NCBI GenBank assembly: GCA_964016885.1
Contig: OZ024740.1
Location: forward strand, 170,066,001-170,130,000
Direction: 5' to 3'
DNA from: Eledone cirrhosa
Taxonomy: Eukaryota
DNA: 64,000 bases
The position numbers were made by a program, and so were the translations under genes. This document shows positions 1-13,035 of the stretch, in pieces. Numbering within the stretch: the first letter of the stretch is position 1; each line of letters starts with the position of its first letter. The notes under the pieces are model-generated. The model was given only the letters and a program-made list of their open reading frames with translations, had not been told where the DNA came from and made no database searches.

Positions 1-1260
1 ATCTTAAGAATGCAATTAGAACCTTATGTTATTTTATACGAAGTCATAAATTTATTTGCTATAAAATTAGAACATTTAAAACATTTTCTTAAGAATATAT
101 TTAAAGCATAAACCATAGGTTACTCCACATATATATTAAAAAGAACATGTTTTCCCACATATATATATGAACATTTGGATATATATATTAAAAACTTTGA
201 AAATATAAGAATATAAAAATATAGTTTTTCTATATCTTTCAAAGAAATTTTCAAAAGATTTTCTTAAACCCTTCAGTAAGTTTTTCAAGAAAAAAGTTTT
301 TCTTAAAGGAGTTTCAAGCAGTCATATAAAGGAATTTAATAATCTATCGATAGGTGTAATAATATATATGTGAAGTAGAGATAATAGAAAATAAATTAAG
401 TATATGAATCATATATGGATATAGAAGACATTATGTAAGAGAGATAAGTCGTATATTACATTTTATATATATATTTAAAAGTTGAATTTAAACGATGTTT
501 GCAAGAACTGGATAAATTATTCCTCAAATTAATAGAGTTCTTACTTTTTAGTATAAAGAATATTTCTTCGACACAAAGGGAACAATTTTTAGATAAAGCA
601 GTGTATGAAGGAGCTTTGGAGATAATATTCCAAAGTAAAGAATATTTAATGTTCTTTGATTTCAGGTCCCATAGTAAGTTAAATAGAGAAGTTGAAGATG
701 TTTTACCAATATTCGTAAAAGAACATTTGTGGTTATTAAAAAGGGACTTAAAGTCTGTGGAGGTAGAGCCTACATTTGTTTTTACATTACAATTGTATAC
801 TATATTTTTAACTAAACAATTATTATTTAGAGGACAGTTAGATTTATTTCTACAATATTTAAATTTAAATTACTGGGAGCCGTAACATTATATTGGATGT
901 TGCTAGGGGTATTAATGCTATTCGGGTTAGGTTTTAAGTTTCTATTATTAATTCTATTAATATTCTGCGCTAAATTCATAGTGGTGGAATATGATAGTTT
1001 AATAGTATGTCTATTAAATATTGTGTTCTAGGAAAGCATTTATCTAGAGCTTTAAAGAATAATTTCGCAATAGGAGTTTTAATACTTAATGAGAAAGGGG
1101 GAGCGAACCATAATATATTTCTAGTTCTATTTCTTCTTTTGGTTTTCGAGTTAGTGTAAGGTTTTCTATTATAATATTTATAGTTATGGTTAGTTGGCAC
1201 ATCCTTATTATCAATGTATTTAATTTTATTACTATAGCCTACTCTACCCAACGCTTCGTT
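1..1260 (-). mobile_element. Penelope-like element, degraded linker plus GIY-YIG region and AT-rich 3' UTR (continues beyond window start)
   Basis: Minus-strand translation gives RNILWFAPPFSLSIKTPIAKLFFKALDKCFP (ORF 976..1251), then NCPLNNNCLVKNIVYNCNVK...KAPSY...CSLCVEE...CKHR. Homologous to 28110-29790 and 60390-62130. Confidence 0.8.
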
Positions 1261-1984
1261 ATAAATAGAAGAAATTTGATTTATTGCGAGGAATGTAAAT
1301 CATTTATCTTTAATGTCATACACCTTCATTTCAACAAAGTGCAATATATGTGTTCTTTCTAAATTGAACTCTATAAGTGATTATTAATTAATGGCGTGTA
1401 TATATATATATATACGTAGACCACCTATTACAACAGCTAAATGGTCTCAAAAGCAGCGATTGGCAAGAATGCCTAAGAGGACAGAGCCCAGACAATCCAC
1501 ATGATGAATGAAACACAGAAAAGACTGAAAAAAGAGGACAAGGAGAAGTGCGTCGGCGTACAGAAGTGACTGAAAGAACGAAATAAAGAAAGGTGGTGTA
1601 CAAGACAAGTTTACTTACGCAGATATTCACCCTCATCATCTCTGAAACCAGTCAAATAGTTCGCACAATTTAATATGTATATATATTCCAGCAACTACAC
1701 AGGCTCCTCTCTTCTTCATATATGTTATCATGTTTCGCTGTGACCTGTCTTCTTTCTCCTCCTACCTACCTATTTTGTGGCTATGTACTATTCCCTCTCT
1801 TTCTCCCTCTCTCCCTTTCTCCCTCTCACTTTCACTCACCCTCTCTGTGCTAGCGACCTCATTGTTTCCCTCGCCTGTCTCCCTAGCAGTCTTTTTCTCA
1901 CATACACTTGCAGAGGTCAGCCGTGTCTTTTTTCTCGTCCGCACAATCTCGAACTTATGCTCAGTAATTGTCGTGGACTTTAAT

Positions 1985-4910
1985 TTTCCCTCAGATATTC
2001 AGATATTCATGACGTATTGGAGGGTTCTTGGTGTTCCCAGCAAGCAAGTCTTTTGAAGTGTTCCATAAAAGGAGGCTGGACTAATGTTCTTTAACCATCC
2101 TTGAAAACTCTTTGAGATAGTACCTAGTGCGCCTATGACAATCGGGATGACCTTAGTCTCATGACAGTCACAAATCTTTTTAAACCGCACTTTAAATTCT
2201 GGTATCGATTAATTTTCTCCTTCTTCTCTTCTTGCACTCTTGTGTCAAAGGGGTAGGCTACATCTACAACCAGGCACATTCTTTTTTCCTTCTTAAAAAC
2301 CACCTGGTCAGGCCTATTGTGTTCTAATTTCTTGTTTGTCTGGTTCCTGAAATCCTATAGCACCTTCACTTGATCGTTTTCTATCACCGACTCTGGTTTA
2401 TACTCAGAATGTGGTAAATTATTTAGTTTGCTTAAATGTAAGTGAATCACCTTTCCTATTATATGATGCATGTAGCCTTTATAGTGAGTCTGGATTAGGT
2501 GCTTACACTCGGATACGATGTGATCCACAGTCTCCTGTTTCTCTCCACAGATTCTACATAGTGAGCTAGCCTTCTCCTTGTCAATATGGCGTTTCACCCA
2601 CATCACTCTGAGGGCTTGCTCTTGTGCAGCCATTAGCATTCCTCCTGTAGCTTTTTAAGGTCTCCTCTTTTTAACCAGTTCCATGTCTCTGGATCTCTGA
2701 TTTCCGTTTTCTTAAAGAAGGTGCTATGAAGGGATTTTTCATGAAGGCTGCTCTTCCTCTTTATTGTTATTTCCTCCTGGTCTATTGTCTTGTCCTTCAG
2801 TACAGATTTGAGCATTGGCTCCCTACTATCAGACACATTTGTGCAGACTGCTTTTCTCCACCTGAACACAGTCCTCTATGCTGATAAGACCCCTTCCACA
2901 ATTTGCTGCACTTATGAGATTCCTGCTATTTAGACATGATTTTAGTATGTTCCTTATTCTCCTTATGTATTCCGATCTTATCAATTCTTTCATTTTATTG
3001 TTCTTGATCTTATCTGCCTCCAGAACACCCAAATGTTTGTAACCATCTTCAGTGTCGATTTCCTTTATCATCTCCCCTGTTGATACCTGGATTCCATTCC
3101 TTCTGTTCAATTTACCCCTCTTCATCACTAGGAGTCAACACTTATTAACACCAAGTTCCATACATATATCATTGCTGAAAATACGGAGAGTGTTAACAAG
3201 TACATCCAACTGCTCGCTTTTCCAAAATTTTTAGATCGTCCATGATAGGAGGTGGTTGATGGTAAGCTCTCCTCTTCCCAGCTTGCATCCTGTTTTCACT
3301 TTTCACGCTATGAGGGAAAAGTGTATGAAGGTAAGGACAAACAAGAAAGGGGAGAAGCTATCTCCTTGGAAGATATCTTTCCTGATCTTCACGCCTCCCA
3401 GGGATTCTCCACCTGATGTTAGCTCTGTTTCCCAGGACTTCATACTTTTACTTAGTAGCTATATGATGTTGTCTGCCACCACGAAGATCTCTAGGCCTTT
3501 GTTATCCAATAATGAGAAACCATATTTAATGCCTTCTTGTATGCCTCCTCTAGTAATTCCTTATTACCATCTTATCATTAAGCAACTTGTCCTTTGTACT
3601 GCAGGATATCTATCGGCATCCTTTCTGTTCGTCCGGCAATAAGTTATTTATATGTTGGTGATAGTAGATTTCCTCAGACACAATGCTTATTAGAAATTTC
3701 CACATTACGGACAGACATGTGGTAACCTCATTATCCTTGCTTCGGTCTTTCATTACCACAACTGTGGTACCTTTTGTCAACCCCTCTGGTACTTCACCCG
3801 TCACCAAGCACTCATTAAACATGGCTGTCAGTTTTGGGTGGAGGGATGCTATATTTTTTTTATCCAATATCCTTGCACAGCATCGGGGCCTAGTGATTTC
3901 CAGTTGGTCAGTTTAATGGCCTGTTTTTTAAGAGTTCCAACTGTTATACTCAAATCAGGTTTTTGGTGTGCTTGTTCACTAACCTCAATCCACACTGCAA
4001 CTATTATGTTCAACATCCTGCGCCCATATTCCTCTCCAAAATGCTTTAGTCTGTTCAGCTTCAGCGATCACGTCGTTACCTCCTTCCTCTCAAGCTATTC
4101 AAACAACATCTTCTAGTTATTGCGAAACATGCGGTTCTGTCTATACTGACTATCTCTGTTCTCATATCATTTAATCTTTGCGCTTTTTGCTACAGTGCGT
4201 TGCTTAAGTTCCTCTATGATACTATTTAACTCTTTTCCCTTAGTGTTGTATTTTATTTTCAATCCATCTGTAGTGTCTATATTTTATAATGTCCCATTTA
4301 GTAAAGACTCAAGCTTTCCAATGTCTTTTTTCATTTCCTTAATTTGACCTTTCAGTCGTTTCTTCAACCAAGGCTCTATTCTCTCTTGTTTTTATACCAA
4401 GTATTTTTTTCACTGCATTTGCGGTTGCTTTGAGGATATTGTTGCATTGGTGACGGTTCTTTGCCTCAAGGTATGGATGAACCTGTTTACCTTAGCTGTC
4501 GATTCTTTTAACTTTTTCCTGTTTACAAATCTTACGTTCATAGGCTTTCCACTATCATTGTTCATTTCATCTACCACTAAGTTCAGAATATCAACAAAAT
4601 CTTGCTCTACCCCGTCAGCATTCATTTCCTCAATGGCCGTATCTTTGTTCCAAATGTTATTTATTTCAGCATTCAGGTCATTGTCTGCTTCGTTTGCTTC
4701 CTCAGGTCTCTCAGCCTCTTCACCTTCATTTCCCACTTGTTCATTTGCCTGATACACCCCACTCTCATTTCCAACTCAATCTCTTTTTCTCAGTTCCAAC
4801 TCGTTTCCATCCATTAGTTCTTATTACACGAGCCTAACCCGCTAATATTTGTTCATCTAATTTAAATAGACCAGTCTCATTCCAGATTTTATTCATCCGT
4901 TTCCTATAGT
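1985..4910 (-). mobile_element. R4/Dong-like RLE non-LTR retrotransposon, family A, decayed copy (A1)
   Basis: Fragmented minus ORFs 1999..2190, 2355..2639, 2633..2869, 2829..3128, 3610..3867 and 4410..4757 are collinear with the 728-aa and 362-aa ORFs at 10740-14124, with many frameshifts and stops. Confidence 0.9.
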
Positions 4911-4914
4911 CTTT

Positions 4915-5267
4915 TTTTGCTTTACCGAACACAGCTCCGTGTGCCTTGGGTAGGAGCAGTGTAGTTTTTGCTGATGTTGTTTGTATTGTATTGATAATAA
5001 TGTTCGTAATATGTGTGCAATGCCTAGTAGCGCTATCTTTTGTATGCTGTATATATTGTAAGTCCTGGGATTTGGGTTATGTATTTGTCTGTGTGTTCTT
5101 TTATCATTTCTGGAGCACCTATTATTATAGGTATTGTTTCTGTTTTCATTTTATACATTCGAGTTATTTCTATCTCTAGATCTTTATATTTGGATAATTT
5201 CTTTGTTTCCTTGGAAGATATATTGTCATTTGTGGGGATAGATACATCTATTAGAAGGCATTTTTTA
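4915..5267 (-). mobile_element. R4/Dong-like element, family C, 5'-truncated 3' end (RLE C-terminus)
   Basis: KKCLLIDVSIPTNDNISSKETKKLSKYKDLEIEITRMYKMKTETIPIIIGA is the RLE D..P...EK..KY motif. Its 5' end abuts the (TTA)n tract at 5268. Confidence 0.8.
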
Positions 5268-5303
<36 letters not shown>

Positions 5304-7172
5304 TGAGTCTCAGTCATTGATGTTGGTTAACTGGAAAGTTTGTTGAAATGAATATCAAGCCATTACCTGCAGCCTCAGATATTCAGGACGTATCGGAGGG
5401 TTCTTGCTGTTCCCAGCAAGCATGCCTTTTGAAGTGTTCCAAAAAGCGGGGCGGGGCCAATTTTCTTTAACCATCCCTGGAAATTCTTTGAGATAGTACC
5501 TAGTGCGCCTATGACAATCGGGACCACTTTGACTTCATGGCAGTTCCAAATCCTTTTTACCTCCCATTTTAAGTCGTGGTATCGGTTAATTTTCTTCCTC
5601 TCCTTCTCTTGCACTCTCGTGTCGAATGGGCAGGCCACATCCATAATCAGGCACGATCTTTTTTCCTTGTCCAAAACCACCAGGTCAGGTCTATTGTGTT
5701 CCAGTTTTTTGTCCGTCTGTATCCTAAAATCCCACAGCACCTTCACCTGATCGTTTTCTATCACCGACTCTGGCTTATGCTCATACCACTTCTAAAAATG
5801 TGGTAAATTATTTACTTTGCATAGGTGCCAGTGGAACACCCTGCCCATCACATCATGTCTCCAGCCTTTATAGTGAGTCTGGGCTAGGTGTTTACACTCG
5901 GATTCAATGTGAGCCACAATCTCCTCTCTCTATCCACAGATCCTGCACAGTGGGCTAGCCTCCTCCTTATAAATATGGTGTTTCAGCCACTTCGTTTTGA
6001 GGGCCTGCTCTTGCACAGCCATTAGCATTCCTTCTGTAGCCTTTTAAGGTTTCCTCTTTTCAACCAGTTCATGTCTGTGGATCTCTGAATTCAGTTTTCT
6101 CAAAGAAGGTACTATGAAGGGATTTTTCATGAGGCTTGCTCTTTCTCCTTGTTGTTATTTCCTCCTTGGACATCCCCTGGTCTATTGTTATTTCCTTCAG
6201 TTCAATTCTGAGCATTGGCTCCCTACTGTCGGTCACGTATTTGTGCAGGTTGTTTTCCTCCTTCTGAACACAGTCCTCTATGCTGATAAGACCTCTTACA
6301 CCTTCAGGTACCTTTAAGTAGAGTCTATCGACATCACTCCTCTTGAGGAACATGTTGTAGATAGTCAATAGCTTCCTAGTCTTCCTATCCTTTTCTTTTT
6401 GTTCAGCAACATTCCATTTCAGAATCCCGCACTCTACCTAATAATAGACACAGCTCGAGAATTCACTGCACTTATGACATTCCTACTATTCAGATGTGAT
6501 TTTAATACGCTCCTTAGTCTCCTAATGTACTCAGATCTTATCAATTCCTTCATTTTTTTGTTCTTGATGTCATCTGCCTCCAGAACACCCAAATACTTGT
6601 ATCCGTCTTCAGTGTCAATTTCCTTTATCATCTCACCTGTTGGTACCTGGATACCGTTGCTTCTGCTCAATTTACGCCTATTCATCACTAGAACTCCACA
6701 CTTATTAATACCAGAATTGCATACATATATCACTGCTGAAAATACGGACAGCGTCAACAAGTACATGCAACTCCTTCTCACTCTTCTCAAAGAGTTTAAG
6801 ATCGTCCATGATGAGGACGTGGTTGATGGTAAGATCTCCTTTTCCCAACTTGTATTCTGCTCTCACTTTTCGCAATATAATGGTCAAGGGTATCAGGGCA
6901 AGGACAAAAAACAGAAGGGACATACTATCTCCCTGGCAGATACCTCTCTTGATATTCTTGCCTCCCAAGGATTCTCCACCCGATGTTAATTCTGTTTCCC
7001 AGGATTTCATACTTTTGCTCAACAACTGTCTGATGTTATCTGCCACCTTGAAGATCTCTAGGTTTTTGGTTATCCAAGAATGAGGTAACATGTCGAATGC
7101 CTTTTTGTAGTCTATCCATCCCATGGCAAGACCAGTGTGTCTCGTCTTGCAATTGCTAATTACCATCTTATC
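5268..7172 (-). mobile_element. R4/Dong-like element, family A, 5'-truncated copy (A2) with (TAA)n tail
   Basis: RT motifs WIDYKKAFD, GICQGDSMS and LIMDD; RLE ORF 5375..5764; same ~75-nt 3' UTR as A3; tail 5268-5302. Confidence 0.92.
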
Positions 7173-7231
<59 letters not shown>

Positions 7232-10200
7232 AATTGCATTTATCTTGCTTTATGTTCATACGAGTTATCACCAAGTCACAACCAGTGACCTCAAGAGACA
7301 ACAAGGTCCACCATGTTCAAGAAAGAACATACATATTCACACATGCATCTTTAGTGTTTAGACTTGTGATGTACTTATATTGACAGAATCTTCCTTAGTA
7401 TATGGGCAGTTCCCATTAGTACTATCTTTTGTATTTCTCCTATACGCGGGTTTCCTGGGATTTGCGATAAGTAACCATTAGACCCCTTAGGTATCATTCC
7501 CAGAGCGCCTACAACCACTGGTATTGTTTTAGTTCTCAATTTCCACATTTTTCCAATTTCTATCTCCAGGTCCTTATACTTGCTCAATTTTTCAAATGTT
7601 TTTATAGATACATTCTTGTCTATTGGAACAGACATATCAATTAGCAGGCATACCCTCTTTTAAAAGTCTTTCAATATTATATCAGGTCTGTTTGCATCTA
7701 TTTTTCGGTCTGTTTGGATGCTAAAGTTCCACAAGATTGAGATGTGATCTTTTTCAAGTATGGGAGGTGGTTGATGCTCCCACCAATTCTTTTGATGGGG
7801 CAGGTCAAAATGCTTACACATTATCCAATGTATGTATTGTGCAGCTCTGTCATGCCTGTTTAGGTATTCGGTTGGAGCTATAGGACTGCACATTGAAATT
7901 ATATGGTCAATGGTCTCTGGTTGTTTTTTGCATACACGGCATAATGGGCTGCACCCATTTTTTATTATGTTGGCTTGGTAATTTTTTGTTGGCAGACACT
8001 GATCTTGTGCCGATATAATCAGTCCTTCAGTCTCCGATTTCAGTCCAGAGGATGCCAACCACTGATGGGTTAAAGTTTTGTCAACATCAGGATTGTTAGC
8101 TCGCTCTGGGTATTTTCCATACAGAGGCTTTTCTTGCCATTTCTTAGCCAGTTTCTGTAGCAGTTCTTTCTTTGCAGTTACTTTTACCTGCTTTGCTTTT
8201 TCTGTGTTTTCCATTTCAGCAGTAAATGGGACTTCTGAAATTTGTAGTCCATTACTATATCTTTGTGCATCTTTTGTAATGGAATATGATCTTTTGATGC
8301 TTTCGTGTTTCAAAACGAGTTTGATCATCCAATCATGTGATTCCCTTAGATATGTAGATAATCCAATTGTTGCAGTTTTCAACGCAATGTCTAACTGGAT
8401 TAACCGACGTCCTCCTTCTTTCCTAGGGAGATATATTCTATCTATATCTGCCTTAGGGTGATGCATTCTGTGCATGGTTAAGAATTTTTGAATTTTTGTA
8501 TCGAGCCTACGGATCTCTGTGCTTGACCAGTTGATGACATTGTAACTGTAGGTTACTACTGGTATGGCAAGCATGTTTATGGCATCGATCCTATTCCTTG
8601 CATTCAATTCGGTTCTTAAGATTGCTCTTACTCTGCGGTAACATTCCTTCCTTATCCTTTCCCTCATTGTCGAGTGCTTGATTCCGTCTCCTTCACAAAC
8701 ACCTAGATATTTGTAAGTTTTTTCTTGATCAAGTTCCCTTATCACGTTCCCCCGATCAAGATTAATGTCTGAACTCTTCAGCAGCTTTCCTCTGGTGAAC
8801 GTTGCTTTGGCGCATTTATCTAGTCCAAACTCCATTTTAATGTCATCACTGAACTGCTTCACAGTGGATAATAGCCCTTGCAATTGTTCATCATTTTTTG
8901 CAAATAGTTTCAGGTCATCCATGTAGAACAGGTGATTAATGGTTTTGTCATAGACTTTATATCCATGTTTTGTTTCATTGAGCATTTTACTTAATGGTAT
9001 AAGCGCGATACAGAATAAAAGCGGTGATAAAGAGTCACCCTGAAAAATTCCACAATTAATATTAACTTCTCCAGCTTCCAGTGATTTTGTTTCACTATTC
9101 AAAAGGAGTGTCGTTTTCCATGTCTTCATACTGAATGACAAAAACCTCCTGACAACGGGAGAAATTTTGAAAATCTCTAAACATTTTTCAATCCAACTGT
9201 GTGGCAAACTATCGAATGCTTTTTTATAATCTATCCAAGCAATCGATAGATTTTTGTGTCTATTATGACAATCTTCCAGTATCATTTTGTTAACCAGAAG
9301 CTGATCCTTACAGCCATGGGAAATAGGTCATTTGTTATCAGGTGGTCATATGTGTATTCAGTTAGGACTGATGTTAAAATTTTATACATTGTGGTCAAGC
9401 AAGTTATCGGTCTGTAATTTTGGGGATTGTTTGTCTCATCATTCTTAGGAAGCAGGAATGTAATGCCGTTAACTAGCCATGAAGGTATCTTTTCTGGCTC
9501 CTTAACTATTTCATTGTAAAGTTGGGCTAACAGCTCATGAGACTCTGTGAAGGCATCTATCTAAAAGTTTTGTATTTTGTCTTTTCCTGGGGATTTCCAT
9601 TTGCTGGTTTTTCTTAGAGCCAAGCGCAACTGTTCAACTGTTATATTTTCCCATGTTTGTTCCTCAAGGTGAGCTGTATCTTTCATTTGTCTGTCTATCC
9701 ATGGGGCATGTATGTTATGAACTTTTTCTTCGGCCCAGATATTTTCCCAGAATTCTTGCACTTCCTCCTTGGGTGGTATTGATTTAGCAGTTATTGTTGA
9801 CTTACAAATTTTTCTGTAGAAGTTTCTTTGGTTGTTTTTGAACATATTATTGTCCTTATAGAATCTAGATCGTTTTTAAAAGCGCCTTATACGAGCAGCT
9901 TTGGCCGACACTTTTTGCTTGATTATTTCTATCAGCATGTCTATGTCACATGTTGATTTTATACCGTACTTTTTTTTCAATTTTCTAAGTTTAGTTTGTT
10001 TAACATGTTCACCTACTTTATAGTTTTTTAAAATGTCTATGTCAGATCGGAGAAGGTTTATTTGGCGATTGATGTTCTCTTGCCAAGTAGATTTCTTGTG
10101 GGAATTCCTTTGTTTTTTCATCTTCACTCCACATAAGTGAGTGGTGACTTTAGCCGATGCATAATAGAGATGATTAAAATCAGTAATGTTTAGTTTGTTT

Positions 10201-10581
10201 GTGATGATAATGTTTTTGAGAATTATGATAGTCTTGTGTATTATCTTTTGGTTCTGTTTGGAGTTCTGGATCTTAGGGAGGGTGTCTCGTTGCCCCATGT
10301 CAGATTCTTTCATTTTCATCCATTCGATCATAATTTCATCGTTCAAGTTGGCAAGTTCATTCTCATTCATTTCTTTATCATTTACGATCTCATTATTTTC
10401 ATTTGGAGTTTCATCCTGAGCATGCACTCCCTCCACTTTTTCGATCCTTTCTTTAATTTGTTCTGTTGCCAGTGATTCCGCCCCAACCCTGGGATTCGAA
10501 GTGTTACAGTTTACCTCGTTTTCACTGACACATGTTTCATTTTCCCTTCGCTGACTTTGTGCTAATAGCTTGATCTGATCA

Positions 10582-10586
<5 letters not shown>
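7173..10586 (-). mobile_element. R4/Dong-like element, family B, 5'-truncated with (TAA)n tail
   Basis: ORFs 9876..10436, 9561..9845, 7660..9285 and 7375..7635 contain WIDYKKAFD, GIFQGDSLSP, FYMDD, a CCHC knuckle (CRVCKKQPETIDHIISMC), RHD and NRPD. The 3' UTR differs from family A; tail 7173-7230. Confidence 0.92.
7660..9285 (-). pseudogene. RT, CCHC and RLE segment of family B element (frameshifted at both ends)
   Basis: 541-aa ORF with non-LTR RT motifs, continued by 7375..7635 in another frame. Confidence 0.85.
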
Positions 10587-10631
<45 letters not shown>

Positions 10632-10739
10632 TATTATTATTATTATTATTATTGTTATTGTTATTCCTTGAATCTCAGTCATTGATGTTGGTTAACTGGA
10701 AAGTCCGTTGGATTGAATATCAAGCCACTACCTGCAGCC

Positions 10740-12926
10740 TCAGATATTCAGGACGTATCGGAGGGTTCTTGCTGTTCCAAGCAAGCATGCCTTTTGAAGC
10801 GTTCCAAAAAGCGTGAAGGGGCCGATTTTCTTTAACCATCCCTGGAAACTTTTGGAGATAGTCCCCAGTGCGCCTATGACAATCGGGATCACTTTGACTT
10901 CATGGCAGTTCCAAATCCTTTTCACCTCCCACTTTAGGTCCTGGTATCGGTTAATTTTCTCCCTCTCCTTCTCTTGCACTCTCGTGTCGAACGGGCAGGC
11001 CACATCCACAATCAGGCACGATCTTTTTTCTTTGTCCACAACCACCAGGTCAGGTCTATTGTGTTCCAGTTTTTTGTCCGTCTGTATCCTAAAATCCCAC
11101 AGCACCTTCACCTGATTGTTCTCCATCACCGCCTCTGGCCTATGCTCATACCATTTCTCAGAATGTGGTAGATTGTTTACTTTGCACAGGTGCCAGTGGA
11201 TCACCCTGCCCATCACATCGTGTCTCCAGCCCTTATAGTGGGTCTGGGCTAGGTGTTTACACTCGGACACAATGTGAGCCACAGTCTCCTCTCTCTCTCC
11301 ACAGATCCTGCACAGTGGGCTAGCCTCCTCCTTGTAGATATGGTGCTTCAACCACTTCGTTTTGAGGGCCTGCTCCTGCGCAGCCATTAGCATTCCTTCT
11401 GTAGCCTTTTTGAGGTCTCCTCTTCTCAACCAGTTCCATGTCTGTGGATCTCTAAATTCAGTTTTCTCAAAGAAGGTACTATGAAGGGGTTTTCCCTTAA
11501 GGCTGCTCTTCCTCCTTGATGTTATTTCCTCCCTGGACATCCCCTGGCCTACTATCCCCTCCTTCAGTACAGTTCTGAGCATTGGCTCCTTACTATAGGT
11601 CACGTATTTGTATAGGTTGTTTTTCTCCATCTGAACACAGTCCTCTATGCTGATAAGACCTCTTCCACCCTCAGATCTCCTTAGGTAGAGTCTATCGACA
11701 TCACTCCTCTTGTGGAACATGTTGTAGATAGTCAATAGCTTCCTAGTCTTCCTATCCATTTTTTTCTGTTCAGCAACATTCCATCTCAGAATTCCCGCAC
11801 TGTACCTAATAATAGACACAGCTCGGGAATTTACTGCGCTTATGGCATTTCTGCTGTTCAGATGTGACTTCAATACGCTCCTTACTCTCCGAATGTATTC
11901 AGTTCTTAACAATTCCTTCATTTTTTTGTTCTTTATGCCATCAGCCTCCAGAACGCCCAAATACTTGTATCCTTCCTCAGAGTCAATTTCCTTTATCATC
12001 TCACCTGTTGGTATCTGGATCCCGTTACTTCTGCTCAACCTACCCCTCTTCATCACAATGACTCCACATTTACCAATACCAAACTGCATACATATATCAC
12101 TGCTGAAAATACGGACAGTGTCAACAAGCACATCCAACTCCTTCTCACTTTTCCCGAAGAGCTTAAGATCGTCCATGAAGAGGAGGTGATTGATGGTAAG
12201 CTCTCCCCTTCCCAACTTGTATCCTGCTCTCACTTTTCGCAGCATAATGGTCAAGGGCATCAGTGCAAGGACAAACAACAGAGGGGACAGGCTATCTCCC
12301 TGGAAGATACCTCTCTTGATCTTCACGCTTCCCAAGGATACTCCAGTTGATGTCAACTCTGTCTCCCAGGACCCCATACTCCTGCCTAGCAACTGTCTGA
12401 TGTTATCTGCCACCCTGAAGATCTCCAGGCTTTTGGTGATCCAGGAATGAGGCACCATGTCAAATGCCTTTCTGTAGTCTATCCATCCCATGGCAAGATC
12501 AGTGTGTCTCCTGCAATTCCCCATTACCATCTTATCAATAAGCAACTGGTCCTTTGTACCACGTGACTTCTTTCGGCATCCTTTCTGTTCGTCCGGTAAC
12601 AAGTTGTTTGTGTGGAGGTGATGGTAGATTTCCTCAGACACAATGCTCGTCAACAGTTTCCACATTACGGGCAGACATGTGATAGGTCTATAGTTGGTAG
12701 CATCATTACTCTTGATTCGGTCTTTCATTATCAGAACTGTGGTACCTTTTGTCAACCACTCTGGCACCTCACCCGACACCAAGCAGTCATTGAACATGGC
12801 CGTCAGCTTCGGGTGGAGGGATGTTAGATGTTTAATCCAGTACCCCTGCACACCATCTGGGCCTGGTGATTTCAAGTTGGTTAGTTTTTTGGCTTGCCCC
12901 TTAAGAGTTTCAACTGTGATACTCAA
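10740..12926 (-). CDS. Reverse transcriptase, CCHC zinc knuckle and restriction-like endonuclease (C-terminal part of a single R4/Dong ORF)
   Basis: 728 aa with SPGPDG, NYRPITCL, EQKGC, WIDYRKAFD, GIFQGDSLSP, LFMDD, YKYLG, GGRGL, CRICG..ETVAHIVSEC, RHD and NRPDLVV..IVDVACP..EREK..RY. Confidence 0.93.
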   Translation of the reverse strand: MSITVETLKGQAKKLTNLKSPGPDGVQGYWIKHLTSLHPKLTAMFNDCLVSGEVPEWLTKGTTVLIMKDRIKSNDATNYRPITCLPVMWKLLTSIVSEEIYHHLHTNNLLPDEQKGCRKKSRGTKDQLLIDKMVMGNCRRHTDLAMGWIDYRKAFDMVPHSWITKSLEIFRVADNIRQLLGRSMGSWETELTSTGVSLGSVKIKRGIFQGDSLSPLLFVLALMPLTIMLRKVRAGYKLGRGELTINHLLFMDDLKLFGKSEKELDVLVDTVRIFSSDICMQFGIGKCGVIVMKRGRLSRSNGIQIPTGEMIKEIDSEEGYKYLGVLEADGIKNKKMKELLRTEYIRRVRSVLKSHLNSRNAISAVNSRAVSIIRYSAGILRWNVAEQKKMDRKTRKLLTIYNMFHKRSDVDRLYLRRSEGGRGLISIEDCVQMEKNNLYKYVTYSKEPMLRTVLKEGIVGQGMSREEITSRRKSSLKGKPLHSTFFEKTEFRDPQTWNWLRRGDLKKATEGMLMAAQEQALKTKWLKHHIYKEEASPLCRICGEREETVAHIVSECKHLAQTHYKGWRHDVMGRVIHWHLCKVNNLPHSEKWYEHRPEAVMENNQVKVLWDFRIQTDKKLEHNRPDLVVVDKEKRSCLIVDVACPFDTRVQEKEREKINRYQDLKWEVKRIWNCHEVKVIPIVIGALGTISKSFQGWLKKIGPFTLFGTLQKACLLGTARTLRYVLNI

Positions 12927-13035
12927 ATCAGTCTGTTGCTGTGCCTGCTCACCGATCTCCCTCTGTACTGTCTCAATCCACCCTGCCTGGGCATTGTGTC
13001 TAACATCCTGCTCCCATATTCCTCTCCAGAATGTT

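Noticed and set aside
1600-1646. Minus-strand ATGATGA...TAAAC..GTC motif
   Set aside because: Both core segments are mutated, so an HHR cannot be supported.
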